Shown here: positions 1-14,058 of the stretch, piece by piece | Layout of the letters: each line of letters opens with the position of its first letter | Numbering within the stretch: the first letter of the stretch is position 1 | Assembly: GCA_051530055.1 (NCBI GenBank) | Contig: CM121341.1 | Coordinates: forward strand, 18,454,784-18,518,783 | DNA: 64,000 bases | Reading direction: 5' to 3' | DNA from: Neoechinorhynchus agilis | Lineage: Eukaryota; Animalia; Acanthocephala | The notes under the pieces: model-generated | What the model was told of the DNA's origin: nothing | Databases searched by the model: none | Seen by the model: only the letters and a program-made list of their open reading frames with translations | Translations under genes and position numbers: made by a program

Positions 1-210
1 CGATTATGGATTTATAGAAATTGCTGGAGATTGCGGGAATGATGGAGGCAAGTGAACAGGCGAAGAAATTGCTTTCTGCGAAAAAAAGTGAAATCGTCGG
101 AGAAGTTTATAAATTAAATGAGAGAGCATTTAGAAGAGGATTTAAGCAGCGTCGGAGATTCTCAAGAAACGAAGATGATGGTTCAAAGTGTCAAAAATGT
201 GTGTATAAGC
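1..210 (+). mobile_element. Gag remnant of a Mag-like Ty3/gypsy element (truncated at the first zinc knuckle)
   Basis: Translation LLEIAGMMEASEQAKKLL...GEVYKL...KCQKCVYKH aligns by eye with Gag of the element at 47290 (VLKIAEAIEVAEKASELL...GEVEVDRI...RCGKYGFVH). Confidence 0.6.
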
Positions 211-3113
211 ATGTTGTCGCGAGCGCAATGGCGTAGGGGAACCCTGGCCAAATTGGCAAGGGACGCCAGAATGGATCTTGTGTTTTTACAAGAATTGCGC
301 ATAAGAGGCCAGTCAGGCACAGACGTAAATCAGGAGGATTTAGGAGGAGGCTGGTCATTATGTTACCTATCTGCGGACAGTCGAGGAAATGAGGTGTAGG
401 CGCTTGTTTATCACCCTGCCTCCGAAACTCAGCACTATGCAGTACTATAACTGACCGAATTCTTCGTGTCAGCATAAAGCTTCGGTCGAGAAATCTCTAT
501 GCTTTTGGCGTGTTTTCACCGACCTCCTCGTCGGATGAAGAGGCGTTTGAAGGATTTTATGAAAATCTAGCCGAAGCATTAGATTATGTACCGAACAGCC
601 GGTGACTTCAACGCGAGTTTACCGCATTCCGAAAGATCGCTATATGTGTTGAAAGGCGAGAATCGGAACAGCCGGTACTTGGTTGAGGCGCTGGAGCGGC
701 ATGATCTCGTGTCTGCTAACACTTTATTCCGGAAGCGTCCGTGGCGTTTGGCGACGTTTATGGGTCAAAAGAATCCGTCCAAACATGCCATGGGAAAAAA
801 TCTCAAGAGACGCTTAGCTCAGCTTGACCATATATTGTTGAGACGTAGGGAAAAATGTCGGGTCAAAAACGGTGACACATTCACAGTTGATGGGCTGCCA
901 ACCGACCACAGCTTGATGATGTGTCAGTTGAGCATGAGTGACTCGTTGTTCCGTACGCCTCAGCATCCTCCACGTCCGTTCTATGGCGCCCTCGCTAATG
1001 AGGAGAAGAGGAAAGAGTTCGATACCGAACTAGAGAATCAACTGAGCTCGATGCCAGCTGCTGAAACGGACATTGATTTTTATTACAAGTCAATCTGCGA
1101 CGCGGTGACCGAAGCGGCCGAGAAAACCCTCCCAAAAATGAGGCGTATAAAAGCTGCAAAGGTTATATGGTAGGAGGACTGTGAATTTATGGCAATGGCC
1201 GAGCAGATCAAAACTCTAAGAAAAAGAGGAAAACGATCTGAGGCTCGCATTGCAAGTCTTGAACATGCCAACCTCTATAATGAAAAGCAAAAGGCTTCGA
1301 TAGAGGATGCAGTTCGCAGGATCGCATATAAGGAAGGTTTTGTTAGTACCTCCTTAGCATGGAGAGTGATAAAAACTCTCACAGGAAGATCCCAAAGACA
1401 GCCAACTTTGATTAAAGATCCCTCCCCGGAAATCAGAAAAAAGAGAATCGCAAATTATTTTGCGGAAATTCTGAATTCGCCATTATCGTCTTTGAAAGTG
1501 AGTTCTGCACTTCCAAAAGGCACAATCGTCCCAAGCACTCAGGCATACTTCACTGGACCGATTTCCGTGAAGGGAGCGATCGCTGCGGCGAAAATTATGC
1601 ATGCGAGACGTGCATCAGGCCCAGATGGGATAATGGCAGAGGTACTGAGGTTTGAATCTATTGCCAGAATAATCATACCGATAATGAATGGCATAATGAA
1701 TGGTGGCTCAGTACCTCAAATCTGGCAAACGGCGCATTTAGCAATGATCCCCAGGAAATGCTGCTCGACAAAGGTGGAGGAATACAGAGGTATATCCTTG
1801 ATGCCCAACACGGCAAAACTTTTCAGCAGCATTTTGAGACGCCGAATTCAGCCAATCCTCGAACCGTTTCTAAGAATTGAACAGAACGGCTTTAGGGAAG
1901 GTCGAGGCACTACAGAGCACATATTGGCTTTGAGGAGGATCCTCGAGGAGGCACGAATTTATCAAACGGATGTGACGCTAGTATTTGTTGATTTCCGTCG
2001 AGCTTTCGATTCGGTAAATCGAACGATGATTGGCGGTATCTTAAAAGAGTATGGAGTGCCGCCGATCATTTTCACATCCGCTATGGCATTACATAAAAAC
2101 ACAAGGTCCGCCGTCAAGACAGCTGACGGTTTGACAGAATACTTTTCCACCACTTCAGGTGTTTTGCAGGGCGACACATTGGCTCCTTTCCTCTTCATCT
2201 TGGTGCTTGATTGGGTAATGAGATGGGCACTATCGAATGATGAAGATGGATTTCTTCTGTTGAGGAAAAGAGGTCGTAGGTATCCTGAGATACGCGCCTC
2301 CTACATGGCATATGCCGACGACATCGTATTGATGTCCTCAACAGTCGAAGGAGCTCAACGCATGCTAAATAGGCTGTGCGAGAGAGCGAGTATGATTGGT
2401 CTGACCATCCACTCGAAAAAGACGGAATTCTTGACGATTCCGCATGTCGCGAATACAGTCTCTGGCGAAGGACCGAATGGCGTTGGGCAATTAAAACAGA
2501 TATAGCGGTATGTCTATCTGGGAGCTGTGGTTCCTGAGGTGAGTGTGGATGTCAGCCGACGGAGAGCTATAGCTTGGATAGCAATGGGGCAACTTAAGCA
2601 ACTTTTGACAGTGAGTCTTTGCCAGATGAACTCCGTTCGCAGCTGTTCAGGGCTCTAATTGAGAGCATTCTCTACTACAATGCAGAGACCTGGACACTGT
2701 CACCAACGGCGACGAGGCAGTTGGACCAAAATCATTCATCTCTCTTACGTGCGGCGTTCAAGGTCAGATAAAGTGACCAACAAAGCACTGTATAAGAGAT
2801 CCGGAGTCCAACCGCCCAGTGAATATTTGCGCCGCAGACGACTGCAGTTCACGGGCAATATAATTCCGTCCGAGGCATCTTGCCCACAGGTCGTGCAACA
2901 GTTCCTTTTCTGGAAGCCAACGACATTTTATCGTAAAGGCAAAGGGAACTGTCGTACATACGATGAAATGATTTTAAGAAACGCGAATTGCCCGCACAAC
3001 AGGACTGCTGTCATGTATTTTAGATCCCTTGCGGAGTCTAATTCTATCTGACGGGCTTATACCTACGGTGCAACGTAGGATAGTACTGTTGCATACAATA
3101 CAATATAATACAA
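211..3113 (+). mobile_element. Degenerate RTE-clade LINE (APE + RT), 5' truncated
   Basis: APE motifs DLVFLQE, GDFNA, QLDHIL, TDH (118-1173); RT motifs QNGFREGRG, FVDFRRAFDSV, GVLQGDTLAP, YADD (1189-2505); several stops/frameshifts; 3' hairpin cctacg/cgtagg (3062-3079) and (TACAA)n-like tail ending 3113. Confidence 0.9.
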
Positions 3114-5423
3114 GCTTATCATCAATTAGAGATAAAACCCGAAGCAAGCCACTTACTCACGGTAGCAACACCCTATGGACTCTACAGATATACTAGAATG
3201 CCATTCGGCATCAAGGATGCTCCAAAACTTTTCCAGAGATTTATTGATGGGGTTATAAAGAATATTCCCAATGTGGCGGCTTATATCGACAATTTAATTA
3301 TCACTGGAAAGAATGATCAGGAGCATTTAAAAAATTTGCATTGCGTAATGGAACGACTGCAGGCAGCCGGGATGCGAATCAAGGCAAAGAAATGTAAGAT
3401 TTGGCAAACTAGTGTTGAATATTTGGGACATCGTATTGAAGACGGAAAAATTCAACCGACGAGAGAAAAAGTTATGGATTTGGTGAACGTTCCACCTCCA
3501 CGAAATGTAAAGGATTTGAAAAGCTTTCTAGGAGTGATTAACTTTCAGAAATGATACATCCCTAACTTGCACTCCATATGTGCGCGGCTGCATACTTTGA
3601 CTCGAAAGGGTATAAGATATAGATGGGATATTGAGCAGCGGGAGGCATCTGAATTGGCGAAGAAAGTATTGTCAAAAGCGGAGAATATAGTTCCGTTAAA
3701 TTCGCGAAGACGTAGCATCGCAACATGTGAAACAGGACTTGGTGCTGTTCTGATGCAGGAAGATGAGAAAGGGACACGATGGCCTGTTTGTTACGCTTCG
3801 AGAGTTTTGAGCAAAGCTGAGAACTATGCGACAATAGATAAAGAGGCACTAGCCGTTGTTTTCTCACTAAAAAGGTTCCACCTGTATCTATTCGGTACAC
3901 AATTCCGATTGGAAACCGATCACAAACCACTTGAATACATTTTTGGTAACAAACGAGAGTTATCTAAGATAACGATTCAGAGGCTGGTACGATGGGCTGC
4001 GATATTGAGTCAGTATGATTATACGATTCAAGCGATCAAAGGGGTAAATAATGTGATTGCCGATTGTTTATCGAGACTGGCCGAAAAAGATGATGCCGAA
4101 AAATTAGCGAGGAGCGATCCTGAAATAGATATGATAAAGGAAATAAAGATAGATAGAATCGAGTTATCCGAAACAGTAATTCGAGAGGAAACGAGCAACG
4201 ACCAGCAGTTAAAGCGGATCAGACGATATATTCGATACGGTTGGCCTAAATTAGAGAAATCTGAAGATGCGACGATGTTCAGGAGAAGAGAGGAGCTAAG
4301 CGACTCTGAAGGTATCCTAATGTTACTCGACCGAATGGTCATACTGGCAAAGTTAAGAAAAAACGTCCTGAATATACTTCACAGAGGTCATCCAGGTCGA
4401 GACACAATGGTCGCGTTGGCAAGACATTATGTATACTGGCCAAATATAGATGCTGATCTTAAAAGAAAAGTAAGTCTTTGCGACGCGTGCTAGCGAGGTC
4501 GACAAAATAATCAAGAATTACCTCTAATAATGTGGGACTGGCCTGGTAAGCCGTGGCATCGATTGCATATAACTTAGCTGGACAAGTTCGAGGAAACACT
4601 TTCCTAGTGTGTGTCGATGCTTGCACAAAATGGCCAGAGGTGTGGAAGATGGAAAAAGAAACGACGACCAGGAGCGTTCTAGTGAAACTCGAGGAGCGTT
4701 TTGCACGATTAGGAGTGCCACATTCGATCGTCTCTGACAATGGACCGCAATTTAGATCAAAAGAGTTCCAAAACTTCTGCAGAAAGCATCAAATCGAGCA
4801 CATAATATCGAGTCCCTACCATCCCCGCACAAACGGATTGGCCGAAAGGTTCATTGGAACATTAAAAAGAAGAACCGAAGGTTTTAAATGCAGGCATATC
4901 GAAATACACCTCACGTGTCGACTGGAGTTGAACCAGCGAAAATGATGACAGGTAGACGACTACGAACGATGCTCGACAATGTTAAACCGTCTATGCAAGG
5001 TCGAATGGAAGATCGAAACAAGAAACAAGAACAAGATTCGTGGGAGAATGGAAGAATGCGGGGTTTCGGCGAAAGTAAACCGATATGGTACAAGAGAAAT
5101 AAAGAAGATAATTGGACGAAGGGACGAATAAAGAAAACGAATAGCCCGGTGTCTTATACAATAACCGGAGAGCACGGAGGAGAGCGACGATGTCATGGTG
5201 ACTATATCCGAAAACGAAAAATCTCAATGAGCAAGGAGGAGCAAGAACCAGATAAGTGCGACAAGACTCGAGAAATCGATGAATCCAAGGCCAAAGAAGA
5301 ACCAAGGATTATAAGCGAGGAACAAAACGAACCGGAACCAACGGAATTGAGACGCGGGACACGAATACGAAGACAAACCATCAGACCTTATGATGAGTAC
5401 TTGGGTCGCAGAAGGGAAGGAGA
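3114..5423 (+). mobile_element. Mag-like Ty3/gypsy pol (RT C-terminal part, RNase H, integrase), degenerate
   Basis: RMPFG, YIDN, YLGH (RT); ETDHKPL (RNase H); HRGHPG...WPNI...CDAC, SDNGPQF, PYHPRTNGLAERF (integrase); polypurine tract gaagggaaggaga immediately before TGTGG at 5424. Confidence 0.92.
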
Positions 5424-5509
5424 TGTGGTAGGACGTCAGCGATAGGCATAGTACGATCGATAGTGTGTAGTGCATGTACGTTTGAACATTGTGGTTTGAT
5501 ACTGAGGAT
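5424..5509 (+). repeat. Probable truncated 3' LTR of the Mag-like element
   Basis: Starts TGTGGTA directly after the PPT, like the LTR at 47180; no partner LTR in the window; right end uncertain. Confidence 0.55.
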
Positions 5510-7771
5510 TCAGTTCATGCGCAATTTTTGTTGTAACGAAAAAGGCGTTGTTTCTGGTGATTTCCTTTCGAGACCTCCCGATCCTCCTGTTGATCGTGGA
5601 GGTTTGGATGTCGGTGGTTCGCTAAGGTCTAAGAACTTGCGAATTCCAAGGTCCTTGGAGAAGCGAGAGCAGTTGCTCTCTGATTTCGAGCATCAATCTC
5701 AAGTCCTAGTAAACAATTCCCAGTTGACATCGACAAAGCAACAAATTCCAAAATACTCTTCTTTACCGACAAAAAGATGGCCTTTCATAGCCATTTAAAT
5801 CCAAACCTATCCTACCCAAACAAATCATGTACGACCGAGCAGTAAGTCCGTGGACTCGTACCATCAAGAACGATGGTATTAAAAGGATCGATCACGAATC
5901 TACCTGACTTTATACAATTGGTTGGATCACCCTGTCAAGTTTTCGAAATCTAACCTCTCTAAAGAAGTCTACGATATTACGTCAAGTTCTCAAAAAGTTC
6001 AATTTCTGGTTAAAGGTGTTGAACCTTCTCTCAGCAAAGAAGAACGGGACGAGTTTGAACAAACTTTTGGATGCAATATAAAGTTTTTTCTAAACTCAAG
6101 AAGGACGGGCCAACCTATTTCTATTGCCATGGTGGAAGGACAAAGGAATGTGCGTGATGACTTATGTTCTCAACAATTTTGCTCCTTCAACTGCTTCGAA
6201 ATTAACTTCGTGATGAAATCAAACTATGAGCAAGATGATTTCATCTTTCCGCGATGCAATATCTGTCAGCATTGGGGCCATTGGTGCCAACACTGCCCCA
6301 ATCCTTCTCACAAAAAATATTGTCACTGTGGGGATTCCTCTCACGGTTCGGATCAATGTACCAGTTCAAATTAACATTGCCCAAATTGTCAAGGATAGTA
6401 TTCGTCTTTTTACAATGGATGCCCAGAATTCAAAAATTACGGGGCCTGGGCTCAGAATTCTCGTATTAACGCCGTGGAAAAAAAGGAAAAAGCTCATTAC
6501 TACAACTAAGCAAGTAGCGCCTAAACTCAATTCATTGCTTCCAGTACCCTCCTTTCGACAAGACGCCAACTCTAACTTCTCAGGATTTTCCGGTAACGTG
6601 CCCTCTACTCAAGTGGTACCCATGGAGGTGCTAGAGAGCAAATTAGATGAAGCTTGTAACAAGATTCTAATGATTACGCAAGCTCGTTTTATGGAGGCAA
6701 TGCTGGCTTTTGAAAGAAAGATGAGCGTCTTAATTGATAAGTTAATGAACATTCCGACTATTTTTTCCTCGTGTTTACCAGAACAGAGCTCTGCAAAACT
6801 TCAAAGAGCGAATGTGTCTGGCGAGGTTGCACGAGCAGCCAAAAAGCCGAATGGCGGCTCTCGCTCACAGCACGAGGATGATGTTGTGATGGATGAAGAT
6901 CAATCAACTTCTGAATTCGTTGCAAGAATAATTGAAACCCAATCCAGGCTGATCGACAACGGAACAGCCAATTTGATTACAAATGCCAATGCGAAGAAAC
7001 TTTGACTCGATGGCTCAGGAGAAGGTAGGCAATGTTAAGGTGTTGCAGTGGAACTGTGGGGGTGCGATCAACCTTTTCAAGCTCACTCGATATTTACCAG
7101 GAATATCCATAGCTCTCATTCAAGAGTCAAAAAGCGTTTTTAATTTAGAGCAACTATATGTTCATCTGCTCCTTTTAAAGTCTTCGGTTTTTACATCTTT
7201 CGTTCATTCTCCCTATGGACTTGCCACACAAGGCCTTATTTCCATTTTTCAATCTTCCCTTGTTCCCTCACTGATCATGTCCTATTCCTCTGAGGAATTG
7301 TCTTACAGTATTTTTAAAATACTTTTCAAAAAGAGCTATCTCTCCCTTGCGAATATTTACATAAGACCAGGTCTCATTCATCGTTCACATGTAAAAGACA
7401 AAATCAAATGGCTCCTAGGGGCTAACATCGATCTTATTGTGGGAGATTTTAATGATCCATCCTTGAAATGGTCTCGGGCCGTTGTTAACGCTGTCAATCC
7501 TTCCCATTCTCTTATCATGCCTAACAATCCTTCATTTCACAATATTTCTACCAACAAACACTCCTTTTTGGATCTAGTAATATTTAAGAAAATTTTAAAC
7601 CTTTCAATCGAATATGATCGCCAAGTCTCCAATTTTGTCCTCTTAGGACACGACATCTTGATTTGGTCCATTGGTCTCTTTGACAGGCTGCGCAAAGTGT
7701 ATCACTTATCACCTTTAAATTTAGCGTTTTTTTCGGCTAGTTTGCGAGAAAATTTTCTTACACTTAGGTTC
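5510..7771 (+). mobile_element. 5' half of an I/Jockey-like LINE (ORF1 with three CCHC knuckles; ORF2 APE)
   Basis: Begins at a TCAGTT initiator-like motif; CNICQHWGHWCQHC, CHCGDSSHGSDQC, CPNCQG knuckles (about 6250-6430); APE motifs VLQWNCGG, LIQES, VGDFN, FLDL, GHD (6983-7770); interrupted at 7772 by an LTR element. Confidence 0.85.
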
Positions 7772-7911
7772 TGTGATGGCCCTTAGTTGGCTTTTATTAA
7801 ACAAAACGGACACTAATGATGGATGCACGCACCGCGCGCACATGGAAGGTTTTATATCGATGTAGCGCATAAATTAATTACGCGCATCGATCTATATCGC
7901 AATTCACATAA
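7772..7911 (-). repeat. 3' LTR
   Basis: Near-identical to 14059-14198; purine-rich ggcggaagg precedes it on the minus strand. Confidence 0.95.
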
Positions 7912-10900
7912 ACCTTCCGCCGGATTCTTTTCGGAAGCGAGTCGAGCGACGGACCAGCTTTCCGTTTTCGGATGTCCACGTCGAACCTCGTACCTGCAGC
8001 GCAGTATCCGAAGTAGTTTGTTCAGCAGGCTCGTCTGAAGTAGGTTGCCGTCAAGGTTATCTTCTTTTTCGACATCACATGTAATGTCATTCGGTACCCC
8101 ACCTTCCGGCACTTGAGATTCCTTCACTGTAACGTCCGAAGCGCTCGTATCGCAAGCGGGGGCTATTCTTTGTGTCGAGACTGAGTCCTGACGTCCATCA
8201 AGGTATTTAACTATATCGTATTTTTCATTGGTATCGATCAATTTGGATTTTTGGGCAGAATCTTCACTTTTCGATTTCGCGGGCCCATTCTTCACCCATA
8301 CGGATTCTCCAGATCGGAGCCATCTAGGAAGGTTAATTCCAATCGGTACTCTCCTTTCATAGCAGAACATTCGCTCGTGAGGTGTCTTTCCAGTAGAGGT
8401 ACAAAGCAGCGATCTTAGATTTCCCAGAGCTTGTACCAACGCTTCGTCCCACTTTGTTATTGGCCAAGACTTGTCTTCCAATGTTAGGAGGACCGTCTTC
8501 CAAAGGGTACCATTGAGACGTTCACATTGTCCATTGGCATGAGGACGATAGGAGGTTGTGTGACTTGAGCATATCCTTAGCGAAGTTAGCCAATCGCGTA
8601 ATGTTCTAGAGGTGAAGCAGGAGCCGTGATCAGAGTGGATAAAGGACGGACATCCAAAGAGCGAGAATATTCGTTCGAGGCATAATTTGACGCTGTCTGC
8701 CGAGGTGTCCTTACAAGCGAATGCTATAGGATAACGAGAAAACTCGTCTATTGCCACGAATAAATATTTGTATCCGTGCGTTGGCGTTGGTAAGGGTCCT
8801 TTGAAATCCACGGAGATTCTCTCCCAGGGCGCCATCGCTTTTATCAATTTCAAGCTCGATTGAGGTTTGAAAAAGCGAGGTTTCAAGTGGTAGCAAATGG
8901 GACATTCTGCAGTGATCTTTCGCACGTCATTCAAATCGAACGGTAAGTTTTGCTGTCGAATGAAATGAAGTAGTCTAGTGTTTCCGGGATGGCCGAGAGA
9001 CCGATGAACGTCTTTTAGTTTATTGAACGATATGTTCATTGACGCACATACATTTCTCGATAGTGCGTCCGCACTCAAATTGTCTTTGCCGGGTCGGAAT
9101 CGGATACTATAGGAGAACATCGATAACTGTAGCTTCCACCGCAAAATCCTGTCGTTCCGGATCTTCCCGGCGTGTCGTTGATTTAGCATGAAGGAAATGG
9201 AACGCTGATCTGTGATAACGGTGAAATGGCGCGTTGAGAGGTGTCACTTCTATTCTCTTATCGAATCGACTATGGCTAATGCTTCTTTTTCGATGATATG
9301 ATAGCGTTTTTCATATTTCGATAATGTTCGACTATAAAACGCTACAGGTCTGTCGTTCTGAAAAAGGGCCGCCCCTATGGCATTGTCTGACGCATCGCAT
9401 TCCAGAGTGAATTTTCCATCGTCCTCAATCGCATTCACAGTAGCTTTTTTAATATCTTCCTTCAAGCTGCGAATGACAACGATTTCTTTGTGATCAAGAG
9501 GAAAAGATACGTCGGCAGCGATTAGTGGTTGTATTTTGGTGGAATAATTAGGAATCCACCGACTGTAATACGCAAAAAATCCTAATAAACGCCTTAAGGT
9601 CGCTTTGTTCGATTGAGTTCGGATTTCGTCCAAGGGTTTAAGCCGCGAAGGATCTGGTTTCAGCTGTCCTGCGCCGATATCGTATCCTAATATTCGAATG
9701 GTTTCTCTGCAAAACGTACTCTTTGCTTCGTTCAACTTCAATCCGGCAAGCGATGTGACTTTTTAAAACGGTTTAGATTTACATCGTGTTTTTCACGGGT
9801 TTTGCCACATACAATAACGTCGTCCAAATAGGCAAAGGTAGCTTTTAATTCGTTCCCATCGATTACGTGGTTCATGAATCTCTGAAAGGCGGCCACTACA
9901 TTTGTCACTCCCATGGGGATTCGCGTAAAGCGATAGAGTTTTCCGCAAGCTTCGAAAGCTGTAAAATTGCGCTCTTTGATCTGTATAGGTACCTGATAGT
10001 AAGCGTCTTTTAGGTCTAAGTGGCTGAAATATCTATATTTTGCGATTTCGTTTACAAGAGAGCTTAATTTGGGAAGCGGATAAGCGTCCAAGTACGTGAA
10101 CCTATTTATAGTCTGCGAAAAGTCAACGACAAGTCGCTTTTTCCCATTTTCGCGCTTGACGACAATCACTTGGGCTCGCCAAGGTGAGTTCGCGGGTTCT
10201 ATGACTTGATCTCGCAATAGTCGATTGATTTCTGCACGGTTCGCTCAAATTCTCAAAGAGTAGGGGTGAATAGTGAGACTGCTTGGTATTGACCGATGCG
10301 ATTCGCAGATCTAAACTTTCCATAGTTCCTCCCGGTTTTATCCGCATCTCAGAATGTAAGCGAATAAAGGGTATTCCAAGGATAACATCGGAACATAAAT
10401 CTTCTAATACAAACAATTCCACCTTCAAATATTTTCTTTGTTCATACTGTATGTCCACCAGGCATTTTACCAACACATTTCGAGACGAATTACCCGCGGC
10501 CATCAGGACGTTGAGATTAACAGGCGTGTAACATATCCGTAGTTTTCGGCTCGCGCTCATATCGATGAAGTTTAAAACACTTCCAGTATCCACTAAAGCC
10601 GGCATTTGACCATTTGAAACATTTATTGAGATTTGAACACGTTTGTTGAACTGAGCTTCGAGATTGCTGGTCGCAAGAAAAATCGAAGATACGCTTTTAT
10701 TCGTCAATTTTCCTTTAGTCTTACAAACCCTAGCGAAGTGGCCCTGCTGGGAGCAGCAGTAACAGACGGCCTCTTTCACCGGGCACTGAAATCGAGGATG
10801 CCGTTTAAGTCCACAGAAATAGCACAGGTTAGTCCCGTTTCGTGACATTTTCGTTATTTTCGATGGCTGGGTCTTTACGGTTGCGTCACATTCAACGGTT

Positions 10901-11529
10901 TCCAAAATGGAATCCGAGCTATAACCAGGATTGATGAAGCCGACAGAACCAACCTCGGGTTTATGGTTGAAATGCGCCAAACTTTCCACCGCATTCTGCA
11001 TAGATTTTGAGATCTCGATTGCTCTGTCAAGATCCAAATGCTCGTTCTCCAAAAGTCTTTGGCGGATAGAGTCAGATCTCATTCCAGCAATGAACGAATC
11101 ACGAAGGAAATCGTCCCGAGCTTCCTCAGCGGATACATTTTTGAAATGACAATTTTTAGCCAACGATCGGAGGGATTGAATAAATTGGTCGATATCTTCG
11201 TTGTCTGCCTGTTTTCGTATGGACAAGAAATACCTGGCCATGATTTCGTTGCTTTCTTTTAGGAATAAACGATCTAAAGATTTCAGAGCATCATCTAGAG
11301 AGGTCTCCTCTTCGACGAATTCGTAATCGTCCGCGCCTATGTTCAGAAGTAGAGTGTCGATGGAAACACCTCCATCAATTGATTTCAGAAGGTGTTGGAA
11401 ATTCCGTCTCCATAACTTGTACTTCTTCAACGCTCCCTCCTCATGAGGCAATACGTTGAATCGTTCAAGACGCCATGAAGGCTTCGAGACGTTGAGCTCG
11501 CTCGGTAGCGACAAATTATGGATCACCTT

Positions 11530-13998
11530 TGTGGCAGCAACTTCTTTCACGGGAATGACGTGTACCCGCAAGAAGTTTCCCTTAGACGAAAGACGAAAGA
11601 ACAACATACAGGTAACTCATGTATGACAGGATAATAAACATCGTCTTCTTTACGTGACACCGCCAAATTGGTGACCCCGACGAGACTTGAACTCGCAACC
11701 TTCTGATGTCTTCCGGGGCTACCGGGATCTGGTGGTAGCCTTTGACCAAGTCGATCTTTGAGAAGGTTGAACCTCCGTGCAGGTTGCCGGCAAAATCGTG
11801 GATGTGCGGCAGAGGGTATCTGTCTGGCTCCGTCGCATCGTTTATTTGTCTGTAGTCCACACAGGGCCGCTTGGTTCCGTCGGCCTTGTCGACTGTATGA
11901 AGGGGGCTCGACCACGGAATGCTTGACTTGCGGGTGATTCCATTCTGTTCGAGCTTCCTGAACTCTTCTTTTACTGTCCGGAGGATATCTGGAGCGAGGC
12001 GCCGTGCCTGTGCGTGTCTCGGTGGTCCGCGTGTCACTATGTGATGTTGTACCTGGTGCCGCGCAGCCGAGTCGAATCTCGGAGTTAGGACAGCTGGGTA
12101 CCGGAGGAACAAGGCCTCGAAGTTGTTACTGGGCCTGGTCAAGACGGTGACCAGTTGGGTTGACCCCGGCGTCTGAAGGGGTATTGTGGTGGTTCTTGTA
12201 TTGGACACCAGTCTCCTGCCCTGCAAGTCGATCATTAGCCCGACGTTTCGGAGGAAATCGGAACCAAGGATGGGGTGCTTGACGTCGGCTATGATAAACT
12301 TCCACCAGTATCGGGCCCGGCCTGCAAGGTTGAGCGATAGACTTTTCGTGCCGTAGGTCAAGATGGTGCTGTGGTTGGCGGTGATGAGGCTTTTTTTGTT
12401 GGGGTGGGCTCGATCGTTTCCGGAAGGTGGAACGATGCCGACTTGCGCCCCTGTGTCGACGAGGAAACTCCGACGGGAGTTTGCATCGAAAACGAAGAAA
12501 AGGTCGCCCATGTTGCTGGTGCCGGTCGCTTGGGCGATTATTGTCGGCCGGCATCGGCGTTTCCCTGTGTTGTTGAGGCCACTTTGCCGTTGAAAATGCA
12601 GGGTGGGATGCAGTTCCTGGCTCGGTTGCCCCACTTGGCATGGAAACGACATATACCTGGTATAATCCTCGCAGATGATTTGTTTTTGTGGCGTTGTCGA
12701 ATCACGTCCACCATTGGGCTTGTTTGAGCGATCGCACAGATTGTGGAGTCTCCTGTGATTTGGAAATAGAATTTGTCTGCAACTTCGGCCAGTTCGGTCA
12801 ATTTGAGAGTATCCATGGATGCGACCAGTTCACGGACCTTGGTCGGCAGCTTGTTGATGTAGTGGTACCGAAACAAGGGATCGGCAGCCGGGTTCGAGTT
12901 TGAAGCGTACAACGCCAACATGCGTTCCAGTAAGCGGGAGGGGGGTATCCTCGTTGATTGTCATCTCCACTATCTCCTGCATCCGCCGATATTCGGGAAT
13001 GCTGAAGATCTGCATCAGGCGAGCTTTCAGCGCATTGTACCGATCGCCGGGGGTGGCAGGTTGGCGACATAACTGCAGAGACCTGCGCAAAGGCATTCCT
13101 CGGCGCCTGGGTTGCTCGGTTCGGCGTACCGAGTCATATTACCTCCGACAGAGGAAACCAATTCACCTCCGGTATCTGGACGCACCTCGGCGAAGCCCTC
13201 GGAGTAGACGTCCACCGTACGACCGCCTACCACCCGCAAGCCAACGGCATGGTGGAACGTTTCCACCGACAGCTCAAATCCTCCCTCACGGCTCGCTTCT
13301 CATCATCGGCGTGGGCCAGGGACCTGCCTTGGGTCCTCTTAGAGCTCAGGACCTTGCCCAAGGAAGACCTCGGTTGTTCCCCGGCGGAAGTAGTCTACGG
13401 ATCAACACTGCGACTACCTGGAGAGTTCGTTCAGGACGCTGCATCGGAGATACCCAGCCTCCGTTTAGCACAACTCAGAGACAAGCTAATGGATTTAATG
13501 CCCGCGCCTCCCAGGTGGACCAAGAAGGCCAACAGCAATCACCCTACCAGAATGCCAGCTTCCCTTGATAATGCAAAATTTGTGTTTGTCAGGGTCGACG
13601 CAGTCAAGTCCCCGCTATCTTGTCAGTATGATGGCCCGTACAGGGTCCTACAGACCGGTGCCGTATCGGTAGACCGATTAAAGAGAGCTCACGTGAGCCC
13701 GCAAACAAATGACCACATCCATGTACCACAAATCCCTGATCCGGTGCTGCCTCCGGTACGGCCTCCCAAACAGCAGACGACGCGCTGCGGTCGGCAAGTC
13801 AAAAGACCGGCACGTTTCCAAGACGGAACAGAGTAGTGCGGCGACACTGGAGGGGAGGTATGTGGCGGCAACTTCTTTCACGGAAATGACGTGTACCCGT
13901 AAGAAGTTTCCCTCAGCCGAAAGACGAAAGAACAACATACAGGTAACTCATGTATGACAGAATAATAAACTTCGTCTTCTTTACGTGACGCCGCCAAA
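11530..13998 (+). mobile_element. CsRn1-like Ty3/gypsy element nested in gag of the host element; internally deleted, gag-PR-RT segment inverted
   Basis: 138-bp LTRs 11530-11667 and 13861-13998; PBS TGGTGACCCCGAC (complement of tRNA-Trp 3' end) at 11669; PPT ggaggggaggta; 4-bp TSD CCTT; integrase (SDRGNQF, TTAYHPQANGMVERFH) on plus 13065-13836; gag/PR (FLVDTGA)/RT on minus about 11703-13062. Confidence 0.92.
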
Positions 13999-14058
13999 CC
14001 TTCTTGGAATCCATATCGGAATTGTTAGTCGTTATAGGAATAGTTTTGTTTAATAAAT

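Noticed and set aside
12900-13568. 222-aa plus-strand ORF and other long antisense or overlapping ORFs in TEs
   Set aside because: Shadow frames of GC-rich gag, pol and CRE coding sequence spanning the inversion junction; no independent motifs.
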